32,108 nucleotides of DNA, from IMG/VR virus record IMGVR_UViG_3300020436_000044, positions 1 through 32,108 of that record; one strand, 5' to 3'. Numbering within the stretch: position 1 is the first letter of the stretch; each line of letters starts with the position of its first letter. Positions 18,984 to 28,296 of the stretch are shown here, piece by piece. The notes under the pieces are model-generated. The model made no database searches. It was not told the origin of the DNA and saw only the letters and a list, made by a program, of their open reading frames with translations. Source of the stretch: a virus (lineage: Duplodnaviria; Caudoviricetes). The position numbers were made by a program, and so were the translations under genes.

Positions 18984-21900
18984 ATGCAAAAGACCAATCT
19001 ACAACTGGCGCCATACTTTGATGATTTTGATAGTTCCAAAAACTATCAAAAGATTCTATTTAAACCTGGCTATCCAGTGCAGGCGAGAGAACTTACTCAA
19101 CTGCAAACACAGTTACAGAACCAAATAGAGAAATTTGGAAATCATACATTTAAAGATGGTTCTGTAGTAATACCAGGCCAGATTGGTTACGATCTGCAAT
19201 ATGATGCTGTTTTAGTTCAGAATTTAATAACTGGTTTAGAAGTAGAAGCGACTAGAAGTACTTTAATTGGTAAAACTATAAAAGGTTCAACAACTGGTGT
19301 AGAGGCGGAGATTGTAAATACAATATCAGTTACAGAAAGTGAAAAAAATGCGATTACTTTATATGTAAAATATACTAAGAGTGGTACTAGTACATTTGGT
19401 ATTCAGTCAAATAAATTTGGTAACAATGAAACTTTACTTGATACATCAACTAATACTGCAATTGCACAAACATATCTTTCAAATGCAACTGCATATACTG
19501 GAAGTATAGCATATATTACGAATGGTATATACTATATTCGTGGATTTTTTGTGGAAGTTGGTGATCAAAGTATTATACTTGATCAATATAATAATAAACC
19601 AACATTTAAAATTGGTTTAACAGTTACAGAAGAAAAGATAACTGCTGATGAAGATAGTTCATTATTTGATAATGCAAACGGATATTCTAACTTTGCTGCT
19701 CCTGGCGCTGACAGACTAAAAATTACTGCAAAACTATCAAAAGAATTGACTAGTTTTTCTGATAATGGTGACTTTATAGAATTACTAAGATTAAAAGAAG
19801 GTATTTTAGACAATATTGTAGAGACTAGTTTATATAATGAATTTGAAAAAAATCTTGCAAGAAGAACATATGATGAATCTGGTGATTATACAGTAAAAGA
19901 TTTTACAGTTAAAGTAAGAGAAGCTCTTGATAATGGAGAAAATGGTGGTATCTATAATCCTAATGAAGTTCTTGCAGATGGTAGAAGTATTTTAGCAAGA
20001 GATCCATTAGAAACAGATCCAGCAAATTCTTTTAACGGAAATAATTATTATGCTTTAGAGGTATCGCCTGGAAAAGCATATGTAAGAGGTTTTGAAATTA
20101 ATAATATTGCTAAAAAATATGTACTTGCAGAAAAAACAAGAGTAACAGGTTCTTCTAATAATAAGACTGTAAATACAACTTGGGGATCATATTTTACAAT
20201 ATCTTCTGCTGTACAAACTGTTTTACCAGGCGAACTTCTTTCATTGAGAAATAGTGGTAATACTGTTATTGGTAATGCTCGTGCTGTTGGTGTAATTCCT
20301 TATAGTAGTAGTCATTTATTATATGTTGAAGAAGCATTTACATTTACAGATGTTGTAGTTACAGGTGATGCTACTGCATTACAATCTGGTGATTTCTTAT
20401 TTTCTTCTAGAGGATCTAGAGGTGTAGTTGTATCTGCAACTCTTTCTAGTGGTAATACAACAATTAAATTACGTCAAGTTATAGGTAGATTTGCAACTGG
20501 AGATGTTGTAAACAATAGTAGAGATTCTGCTACATTTACAGTTTCAAGTATTACAGATTTTAATTTTACTCAAGTTGATAATATAATAAATGGTCTTGGG
20601 TATGTTGCAACTGTAAATTCAAGTGCTGGTTTAAAATCATCTGGTAAAAATCAATTTGTTAAAGTATCAGACCTACCAGTAGCAACAATCAGTGATTCTT
20701 CATATACAAAATTAAACAGAGCAGTTACTACTGTTCAAACTGGTGGAATAGCTGCAGTAACAGTTCCAACTGGATTTCTTCCTTTAACATCTGGATATTA
20801 TATTACTTCATCTGCTGGAGATCATACAGCTACTGCAGCAGTTGCTGGAACTACTTTAAATTTCACAAATATTAGTGGAAGTCCTACAGTTGGAACTAGT
20901 CTAACAGTTTGGTTTAAAACAAGAGTTTCAAATAGTACTATTAGAACTAAGAAAAATAAAACATTTCAATTTTTATCTGTTACAAAGAAAAAATCAGCAA
21001 CTGATACAGTTTATGGTAATAGATATGATGACAAAGAAATTAATTTAAGATTTCCAGACGTTTATAAAATTCATGCGGTTCATCAAGCAGCAGTAAATGG
21101 TGTAACTGACACCCAAATGTTTGATCGTTTAATAATTAACGATGCATCAGATATAAAAGCTGGTGATATTATTCAAAGTGGTTCTTTAAGAGCAAAAATT
21201 ATTTTTGAAAATGGTGTTAATCTTCATGTAAAATATTTACAAGATCAAAAATTTACACAGGGAACAAATTTAACTACAGTAATTACTATTGTCAATAAAC
21301 CTAATTTAGTAGGAAGATTTTTAACTGAGGTTACACATGGTAACTATCTTGATATTACAGACAATTTTGCTTTAGTCAAAAATGATACTGAAGATGGTTA
21401 TAGAATTTCTAAGTTAACTAGATTAGGAAATAGATCAATACCATCACAAAAAATTACTGTTGTATTTGATTACTTTGAACATGGAAGTACTACAAATGAT
21501 TTCTATTCTACAAGTTCATTTAATACTGCTGATGAAGGAGATATAGAATTTACAAATATTCCTAATGCATATAATGGAACTCCATATACAGACATATTAG
21601 ATTTTAGAGGAACATATACACCAACCTCTGCATCTGGTACTGGTACTGTAACTGCTCCATATATTTCTAGCAATGGAAAATCAGCATTTGATATTTACGA
21701 ACAAACAAAAAGTATTGCAATAACTCCTTATCCAAATGAATTTGCTTCATTTGATTTAAGTTACTATACCGCAAGAATTGATAGATTATATCTTAATAAA
21801 GATGGTAAATTTGTAATATCACAAGGATCACCAGCAATCAATCCAGTAATACCTGAGGCTGTAAATGATTCTTTATTAATCAATACTATTTCTATACCAG

Positions 21901-24900
21901 CATATCTTAGAGATGTAAATCAAATTTCTATACAGAAAGAAGATACTAGAAGATATACTATGAAAGATATTGGTGCTATTGAATCTAGAGTAGATAGTAT
22001 TGAATACTATACAACTTTAAGTTTATTAGAAACTGATACTAATAATCTGTTAATTTTAGATGGTAGTGGAAATAATAGATTTAAAAATGGATTCCTTGTC
22101 GATAACTTTAAGTCTCTTAATTTTACAGATTCTAAAAACTCAGATTTTAATATGTCCATTGATACCACACAAGGTTTAATGAGACCATATCCATATGTTA
22201 ATAACATAGGATTTAAATGGCTTGAGACTATTGATGGTACTGCAACAAAAGTAGGTGGATTACAAAAAACTGGAGATTTCTTATCATTACCATATTCAGA
22301 GGAACAGTTTGCTTCTAATCCATATGCAAGTAAGGTAGTTAATTTAAATCCATTCAATGTATTTACATGGGTTGGAGATTTTCAAATAGAACCAGAAAGA
22401 GATGTATGGTTTGACACAGAAAGAAGCGCTCCTGAGAATGTACCTCAAATAGATCTTACAGGTCCTATTAAATTCCTTTATGATGAAAGTGGTGCTGATG
22501 GTGAGAAATGGGGTAGTTGGAATAATACTGGTAGTGAGAAAGTAGAAGGTGGTACTGAATTTACTGATGTGAGAACTGGTATAGAGAACAGTTTTAGTAC
22601 TGTCACACAAAACATAGAAGTTGGTGATAGAATTGATGGTATTAAAAATATTGAGTTTGCTAGATCAATTGTGATTGATGCAAAATCATCAAGAATGAAA
22701 CCAAATACAAATTTATTCTTCTTTATTGATGGTGAAGATTTTAATGACAGTGTATATCCTAAACTCTTTAGAAATATTACTAGAACTGTAAATAGCACCT
22801 CTTTTGTTGTTGGAGAAAAGGTTAGAATTGAATCACAGTCTGACGCAGGCACAAATCAGGTTATTGCAGAAGTAGTAGTTGCGTCAAAATATGATTCTAC
22901 AATTACTGAAAATTACAGTGGTGCATCTACTGTACTTGGGATTGATAAAGTTACTACTGTAGATGCTACTTTATTAAATCCATCAAGTCCTACAGATAAA
23001 GTTAAAATAACAGGACTTACAACTGGTGCAGTCGCAGAAGTAGAATTAACTTCTCCTAGAATATCTACAAACGATGAAGGAACTGTAGATTTCTTTATTC
23101 TTCTTCCACCCAAAAAATTAGAAACTGGTAAATCTAGATTTGTTTTAACAGATGAAAGCACAGCTACAACTGTTGAGGGTGTTTCTGATACTAATGCAGT
23201 TGCTAATTACGATTCAGAAGGAACTCTATTTGAACTAACAAGTTTAAGTTTAGATTTTCAGATTCCTCAAATTACGGTAACACCTATTGAGGAAACAAGA
23301 CAAAGATTTATACCTGATCCTCCTCCACCACCACCTCAGAATTGTGACCCATTAGCACAGTCATTCTTTGTTGATGCTATTGAAGGTGGAATGTTTATTA
23401 CATCTATTGATGTATTCTTCCAATCTAAAGATACAAAAGTTCCTGTAACAATTGATATTCGTACTGTAGAGAATGGATCACCAACACAGACTATTCTTCC
23501 ATATAGTGTCAAAACAATAGAAGCTTCTAATGTATCTGTAAATGCAACTAAAGCAGATACAGTAACTAAATTTACATTTGATGCTCCAGTATATGTAGCA
23601 AATGGTCAAGAATATGCATTTATTCTAAGATCAAGATCTCTAAATTATAAAGTTTGGGTATCTAGATTAAATCAGGTTGATGTAAATACCAGTCAATTAA
23701 TTGACAAGCAACCATATGCAGGGTCACTATATAAATCACAAAACATGAGTGTATGGGAACCAGATCAGTTTGAAGATATTAAGTTCAATATTAATAGAGC
23801 GAAGTTTACTACTGGTAGTACTTTAACTGCTCAATTAACAAATGGTGTTGTTCCTAGAGTTAGTCTTCCAAATGACCCATTATTCTTTACAGGTAATTCA
23901 GCTGATATTACTATTTTACAACCAAACCATTGTATGCACACAAAACAAAATTTTGTGAATATCTCTGGTGTAAAATCAGACATACCAAATACTAAACTTG
24001 TAACTCCTTTAGGTAATGCACAAGCCATAGTTGATACAACTATTACACTAGCTGATGGTACATTTACTCCTACTCAATTCAATAATACAACAGTAAGTGA
24101 TAATAATTTTGGATATATTAAAATTGATGATGAAATTATTGCTTATAAAGCAGTAAATGGCTCTACACTTACAATACCCACAGGTGGTAGAGGAGTTGGT
24201 GATGGTGTCATTGTTTCTCATGCTACAAATTCTGTTGTTGAATATTATAGTATTAATGGTGTTCCTTTGACAGAAATTAATAAAGTACATAGCTTAAATG
24301 ATATATTTGACATGGATAGATATCAAATTTCTGTTACTTCAAAAGCAAATGAAACTAGACAATTAGGTTCTAGAAATATCAAGGCAAGTAGAAACTTACA
24401 GTTTGAAAGTATTACACCTAGATTAAATGAAATTATATTTTCTGGTACAGAGTTAAGTACAAGAATAGCTACAACATCTGGTGCTTCGGTAAGTGAGAAA
24501 AACACAGCAACTTTCTCAACTTTACCAGAAGTAAGTCTTGCTAATTTAGAAGTAAATGAATTAGATGCATCTAATGTTATACTTTCACCAGAAAACCAAA
24601 TACAATATTTTGGTTCTACTGATTCATTTAAATTCTATATTGATGCTAAAACTACAGTTGATAACTTAAGTCCATTCTTTAATCTTTCTGGATCATCTGT
24701 TATTACTGCTATGAATCGTATTAATAGAATTAATAAACAAGATGGAACTATAGATCTTACAAGCGAACTTAATTCAGAAGGATCATTACATGATTCTGTT
24801 TATGTAACTAAAAAAGTCACTCTAGAAAATACTTCTACTTCTATCAAAATTTTATTTGATGCAATTAGAAGACAAGGAGTTGATATCAAAGTATTTGCCA

Positions 24901-25130
24901 AAGTGAAAAGAGATGACGAGACAGATGATTTCAATTTATTAGATTACGTTGAAATACCTTCTACAAATTATCCATTCTCACCAGACAAAGAAACATATAG
25001 AGCATTTGAATATGAAGTTACTGGTTTAACAGGATTTAAAGAATATGCGATTAAGGTAGTTATGATTGGTAATGATCAGTCTAACGTGCCTAAAATAAGA
25101 AACTTTAGAGGAATTGCTCTCGCAGTATAA
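18984..25130 (+). CDS. Large virion structural protein, DUF4815/VrlC-like (baseplate/fibre associated)
   Basis: PYFDDFD..KNYQKILFKPGYPVQARELTQLQ; APGADRLKI; LARRTYDESGDY; PGKAYVRGFE; RRYTMKDIG; RFKNGFLVDNF; DPLAQSF. Follows gp8, as in cyanomyoviruses. Confidence 0.85.
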   Translation: MQKTNLQLAPYFDDFDSSKNYQKILFKPGYPVQARELTQLQTQLQNQIEKFGNHTFKDGSVVIPGQIGYDLQYDAVLVQNLITGLEVEATRSTLIGKTIKGSTTGVEAEIVNTISVTESEKNAITLYVKYTKSGTSTFGIQSNKFGNNETLLDTSTNTAIAQTYLSNATAYTGSIAYITNGIYYIRGFFVEVGDQSIILDQYNNKPTFKIGLTVTEEKITADEDSSLFDNANGYSNFAAPGADRLKITAKLSKELTSFSDNGDFIELLRLKEGILDNIVETSLYNEFEKNLARRTYDESGDYTVKDFTVKVREALDNGENGGIYNPNEVLADGRSILARDPLETDPANSFNGNNYYALEVSPGKAYVRGFEINNIAKKYVLAEKTRVTGSSNNKTVNTTWGSYFTISSAVQTVLPGELLSLRNSGNTVIGNARAVGVIPYSSSHLLYVEEAFTFTDVVVTGDATALQSGDFLFSSRGSRGVVVSATLSSGNTTIKLRQVIGRFATGDVVNNSRDSATFTVSSITDFNFTQVDNIINGLGYVATVNSSAGLKSSGKNQFVKVSDLPVATISDSSYTKLNRAVTTVQTGGIAAVTVPTGFLPLTSGYYITSSAGDHTATAAVAGTTLNFTNISGSPTVGTSLTVWFKTRVSNSTIRTKKNKTFQFLSVTKKKSATDTVYGNRYDDKEINLRFPDVYKIHAVHQAAVNGVTDTQMFDRLIINDASDIKAGDIIQSGSLRAKIIFENGVNLHVKYLQDQKFTQGTNLTTVITIVNKPNLVGRFLTEVTHGNYLDITDNFALVKNDTEDGYRISKLTRLGNRSIPSQKITVVFDYFEHGSTTNDFYSTSSFNTADEGDIEFTNIPNAYNGTPYTDILDFRGTYTPTSASGTGTVTAPYISSNGKSAFDIYEQTKSIAITPYPNEFASFDLSYYTARIDRLYLNKDGKFVISQGSPAINPVIPEAVNDSLLINTISIPAYLRDVNQISIQKEDTRRYTMKDIGAIESRVDSIEYYTTLSLLETDTNNLLILDGSGNNRFKNGFLVDNFKSLNFTDSKNSDFNMSIDTTQGLMRPYPYVNNIGFKWLETIDGTATKVGGLQKTGDFLSLPYSEEQFASNPYASKVVNLNPFNVFTWVGDFQIEPERDVWFDTERSAPENVPQIDLTGPIKFLYDESGADGEKWGSWNNTGSEKVEGGTEFTDVRTGIENSFSTVTQNIEVGDRIDGIKNIEFARSIVIDAKSSRMKPNTNLFFFIDGEDFNDSVYPKLFRNITRTVNSTSFVVGEKVRIESQSDAGTNQVIAEVVVASKYDSTITENYSGASTVLGIDKVTTVDATLLNPSSPTDKVKITGLTTGAVAEVELTSPRISTNDEGTVDFFILLPPKKLETGKSRFVLTDESTATTVEGVSDTNAVANYDSEGTLFELTSLSLDFQIPQITVTPIEETRQRFIPDPPPPPPQNCDPLAQSFFVDAIEGGMFITSIDVFFQSKDTKVPVTIDIRTVENGSPTQTILPYSVKTIEASNVSVNATKADTVTKFTFDAPVYVANGQEYAFILRSRSLNYKVWVSRLNQVDVNTSQLIDKQPYAGSLYKSQNMSVWEPDQFEDIKFNINRAKFTTGSTLTAQLTNGVVPRVSLPNDPLFFTGNSADITILQPNHCMHTKQNFVNISGVKSDIPNTKLVTPLGNAQAIVDTTITLADGTFTPTQFNNTTVSDNNFGYIKIDDEIIAYKAVNGSTLTIPTGGRGVGDGVIVSHATNSVVEYYSINGVPLTEINKVHSLNDIFDMDRYQISVTSKANETRQLGSRNIKASRNLQFESITPRLNEIIFSGTELSTRIATTSGASVSEKNTATFSTLPEVSLANLEVNELDASNVILSPENQIQYFGSTDSFKFYIDAKTTVDNLSPFFNLSGSSVITAMNRINRINKQDGTIDLTSELNSEGSLHDSVYVTKKVTLENTSTSIKILFDAIRRQGVDIKVFAKVKRDDETDDFNLLDYVEIPSTNYPFSPDKETYRAFEYEVTGLTGFKEYAIKVVMIGNDQSNVPKIRNFRGIALAV

Positions 25131-25132
25131 TT

Positions 25133-25354
25133 ATGGAAAATCCAGAAGTTGATGGCCATCCAGATCTCACAAGGGATTCTGGATCTGGTGCTATTATCAA
25201 TCGAAATACTTATAGTTATCAACAGTATATGGAAAGCTATAAGAAAAGAATAGAGAAGGAAAATAGATTAGATAATTTAGAACAAACTTTATTAGAGACA
25301 AAAAAAGAAATAGATACTATTAAGGATCTTATTTTACGGCATATAATGTCATAA
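25133..25354 (+). CDS. Small hypothetical protein with a C-terminal coiled coil
   Basis: VDGHPDLTRD.SGAIIN followed by heptads (RLDNLEQTLLETKKEIDTIKDLI); starts 2 nt after the upstream stop. Confidence 0.8.
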   Translation: MENPEVDGHPDLTRDSGSGAIINRNTYSYQQYMESYKKRIEKENRLDNLEQTLLETKKEIDTIKDLILRHIMS

Positions 25355-25377
25355 ATAGTGATGAGAAACAAATCTCC

Positions 25378-25385
25378 TATAAATA
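25378..25385 (+). promoter_or_regulatory. T4-type late promoter
   Basis: Exact TATAAATA 21 nt upstream of the ATG at 25407; a second box, CATAAATA, at 25350-25357. Confidence 0.8.
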
Positions 25386-25406
25386 TAGTATAAGTGGTAG
25401 ATCCTA

Positions 25407-25736
25407 ATGGCAGCAGTTCATAATTTATACGTTGATCAGGGTGCTGACTTTACTGTCGAAGTCGGTATATATGATGATAACAATGCAGCTTGGGACCTTA
25501 CTGGTTACTCAGTAGCTGCAAAAATTCAAAAATCGTATTACAGTACAACTTCAACAAGTTTTATTGCAACTGTAAGTTCTACCGCAACTGGAACAGTAGT
25601 TCTAACCCTTCTCGATACTGTTACCGCAGGCATGGATCCTGGCAGGTATCTGTATGACGTAGTTGTTACGTCAGCTGGTGGTACAAAAACACGAGTTATA
25701 GAAGGAATTGTTACAATTAACGCTGGAATAACATGA
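25407..25736 (+). CDS. Small Ig-like virion structural protein (fibre adaptor-like)
   Basis: NLYVDQGADF...DLTGYSVAAKI...GRYLYDVVV...TRVIEG beta-sandwich pattern, common upstream of phage fibre genes. Confidence 0.75.
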   Translation: MAAVHNLYVDQGADFTVEVGIYDDNNAAWDLTGYSVAAKIQKSYYSTTSTSFIATVSSTATGTVVLTLLDTVTAGMDPGRYLYDVVVTSAGGTKTRVIEGIVTINAGIT

Positions 25737-25945
25737 ATACCAAAGTTACTGTTCGGAACACACCTCAAGTCATTACTGTTGCAGCTTCGGCTGGTGCAAG
25801 TGGTAGTTTATCCACCTTGACTGATGTAAATTTATCTTCTGCGGGCGATGGTGCCGTTCTTCAATATGATGTTACAACTCAAACTTGGATAGCTAGAAAC
25901 ATTCTAGAAAACTCAGGTTTAACTATCAATGCAGGCTTTTATTAA
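25733..25945 (+). CDS. Small fibre-associated protein
   Basis: LSTLTDV...GDGAVLQYD...TW motif typical of trimeric fibre segments; ATGA overlap with the upstream gene. Confidence 0.7.
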   Translation: MNTKVTVRNTPQVITVAASAGASGSLSTLTDVNLSSAGDGAVLQYDVTTQTWIARNILENSGLTINAGFY

Positions 25946-25967
25946 ATCTTTCACATAGGAACAAACA

Positions 25968-28103
25968 ATGGCAACTTTTATTAAAGTTAAAAGGTCGAGT
26001 ACAACACCAACCGCAACTCCTAGTAATTTAAGAAACGGTGAATTTGCACACAGTTATGGTGCTGGTACTTATACTGACTTTCAAACCACAAACAACGGTG
26101 CTGGAAACATTGCTTCGGGTGGTAAACTCTTCATCGGTCAAGGTACTGAAGACGGATCTGGACATGCTGCAAACATAGATGTAATTGGTGGTAAGTATTT
26201 CACTGACATGTTGGATCATGGTCATGGTACTTTAACTGCTAACTCTGCTTTAATTGTTGACCAGTCTAAAAAGCTTGATGAATTAAACGTAGATAATATT
26301 AATTTTAATTTAAACACAATTTCGACAACAAACAGTAATGGAGATTTAATATTTGATCCAGCTGGAAGTGGTTCTGTTGTAGTTGTTGATGATACTTTTC
26401 TTGCTTTTGGTAGTGATGAAGATGGTAAGATTGAATATGATGAAAATAGTACAGACAAAGTTCAAGTAACTGGTGCAAACTGGAAATTTAATTGCACAGT
26501 TGAGATGGACAATATTGTGATTGGGCCTGGAAGTCCTCATAGTTTTGATATGCCAGATAATACTGCTACAGCTTTAAAAATTCATGAGGGTTCTAATAAT
26601 TATCTTGTATTTACAACCACTGATAGTTCTGAATTAATTACATTCAGTAGTGCTGATGTTGACATTGACAATGACTTAAATGTTGACGGTGGAGATATTA
26701 CAACTAATGCAACAACATTTAATTTATTAAATGCAAATGCAACTACAGTAAATGCATTTGGTGCTGCTACAGCAATTGATATGGGTGCAACTTCTGGAAC
26801 TGCAACAATCAATAACCCAACACTAGTTGGTACACAAGCTACTCAAAATTTATACAACTCTGCTGCAACCACAATGAATTTTGCTGGTGCTGCAGCTACA
26901 TTGAATATGGGTGCAAACTCTGGAACTGCTACAATCGGTAATCCGACTGTTGTTGGTACTCAGACCACTCAAAACTTATATAATACAACTGCAACCACAA
27001 TGAATTTTGCTGGTGCAGCTACTACTATTAACATGGGTACTAATTCAACTACATTAGACCTTGGTGATATTAGAATTAAAGGAAATACAATTTCAACAGA
27101 TAGTAACTCTGCAACAGAACTTGTTATCGACCCATTCCCTGATGCTGGAGATGCTGGTGGTGATGTTATCATTCGTGGTAATCTTCAAGTTGCTGGTACT
27201 ACAACAACTGTTAACTCTTCTGAATTATCAGTTAACGATCCTATCTTTACAGTTGGTGATACTGTAAGTTCTAAGACTGTTGTTTCAACTGCAGCAAGTG
27301 GACAAAACCAAGTTATAGTTGATAATCCTTCATCTGTTGTTGAGGGTGCAACAATTACTGGTACTGGAATTGCAACATCAACTACTATATCTAATGTAGA
27401 GGTTGAGTTTAATACTAACGCTGGTGCATCAAGTAACGGACAATTTGGAACCGCTCCTTCTGCTGGAGATGCTATTTACTTCTATGATGGTACTTTATTC
27501 TCACAAGTTGGTACATTTGTATCCCAAACAACTAACGCTGTTAAGATCAATCTAATTGCAAATATTTCTCTTGGATCTGACAATTTCTATGACGGTGGAA
27601 GCCTAAGTAGTGTTGGAACTGGAACTCCTACTGCTAACCAAAAAGTTGGTATTACTAAAGTAAGTACAAAGGTCTTTAAGACAACTACATTTACTCTAAG
27701 TAATAACACAACATCAAGTATTGCAGTAGACACACAACTTACAATCAGCCAAGCAGTTGACGACAACCTAGACCGTGGTATTCAATTTAAGTATTTAAAA
27801 TCTAACTCTTCTAAAGTTGGTTTCTTTGGATACGATGATTCAAATGATGCTTTTGTATTCATCAAGGATGGTACAAATAATTCTAATCTCTTTAGTGGAA
27901 CTAGAGGAGAAGGTTGGTTTAAAACTATTAAGGTGGATGATGGTGTACATAAAGGTATCGCCTATTTTGATTCAGATCTTAAGATAACTAGAACAGTTGC
28001 TGCTGGTTCTGCTGATGTTGACACATCATTCCAAATATTAACTGCTACATCTGGTGGTGTTCCTACATGGACTACAACTATAGATGGAGGCACTTATACT
28101 TAA
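25968..28103 (+). CDS. Fibre protein (711 aa)
   Basis: AGGA RBS at 25957. N-terminal IKVKRS...P..L.NGE (Mtd N-terminal-like); GNLQVAGTTTTVNS...DP; DDNLDRGI..Y...GFFGYD; C-terminal IDGGTY; Thr/Ala/Gly/Asn-rich. Confidence 0.8.
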   Translation: MATFIKVKRSSTTPTATPSNLRNGEFAHSYGAGTYTDFQTTNNGAGNIASGGKLFIGQGTEDGSGHAANIDVIGGKYFTDMLDHGHGTLTANSALIVDQSKKLDELNVDNINFNLNTISTTNSNGDLIFDPAGSGSVVVVDDTFLAFGSDEDGKIEYDENSTDKVQVTGANWKFNCTVEMDNIVIGPGSPHSFDMPDNTATALKIHEGSNNYLVFTTTDSSELITFSSADVDIDNDLNVDGGDITTNATTFNLLNANATTVNAFGAATAIDMGATSGTATINNPTLVGTQATQNLYNSAATTMNFAGAAATLNMGANSGTATIGNPTVVGTQTTQNLYNTTATTMNFAGAATTINMGTNSTTLDLGDIRIKGNTISTDSNSATELVIDPFPDAGDAGGDVIIRGNLQVAGTTTTVNSSELSVNDPIFTVGDTVSSKTVVSTAASGQNQVIVDNPSSVVEGATITGTGIATSTTISNVEVEFNTNAGASSNGQFGTAPSAGDAIYFYDGTLFSQVGTFVSQTTNAVKINLIANISLGSDNFYDGGSLSSVGTGTPTANQKVGITKVSTKVFKTTTFTLSNNTTSSIAVDTQLTISQAVDDNLDRGIQFKYLKSNSSKVGFFGYDDSNDAFVFIKDGTNNSNLFSGTRGEGWFKTIKVDDGVHKGIAYFDSDLKITRTVAAGSADVDTSFQILTATSGGVPTWTTTIDGGTYT
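26700..27050 (+). repeat. Tandem 42-aa (126-nt) repeat, about 3 copies, in the fibre shaft
   Basis: GTQxTQNLYNxxATTMNFAGAAxTxNMG repeated; an identical 28-nt stretch at 26863-26890 and 26989-27016. Confidence 0.9.
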
Positions 28104-28122
28104 ATTATAAATTGAGGTTATT

Positions 28123-28296
28123 ATGACACCTGATGAAGCAAATGCACTCATGCAAGTTATGAGTGAAAAAGTAAATCAATTGACTAGAGAAAATATGTTG
28201 TTTGAGTCAAAAATAATTTATTTGACTCAACAATTGAAAAAATTTGAAGATGAAAAATCCTCTGAAATCCTAGAACCCGATGGCAAGTCCAAATAG
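28123..28296 (+). CDS. 57-aa coiled-coil protein (absent from the ORF track)
   Basis: GAGG RBS at 28114-28117, ATG at 28123, MTPDEANALMQVMSEKVNQLTRENMLFESKIIYLTQQLKKFEDEKSSEILEPDGKSK*. Fills the gap and overlaps gp13 by 17 nt. Confidence 0.8.
   Translation: MTPDEANALMQVMSEKVNQLTRENMLFESKIIYLTQQLKKFEDEKSSEILEPDGKSK

Noticed and set aside
25363-25377. GAGA...TCTC hairpin as a terminator
   Set aside because: Only a 4-bp stem and no U-tract.
26863-27016. Possible DGR template/variable repeat pair, prompted by the Mtd-like N-terminus of the fibre
   Set aside because: Both copies are in frame and tandem in mid-gene, differences are not adenine-specific, and no reverse transcriptase is present in the window.
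18984-28103. Assigning gp9, gp10, gp11, gp12 or wac symbols to the genes between gp8 and gp13
   Set aside because: Only positional equivalence; no recognisable sequence motifs of those T4 proteins.
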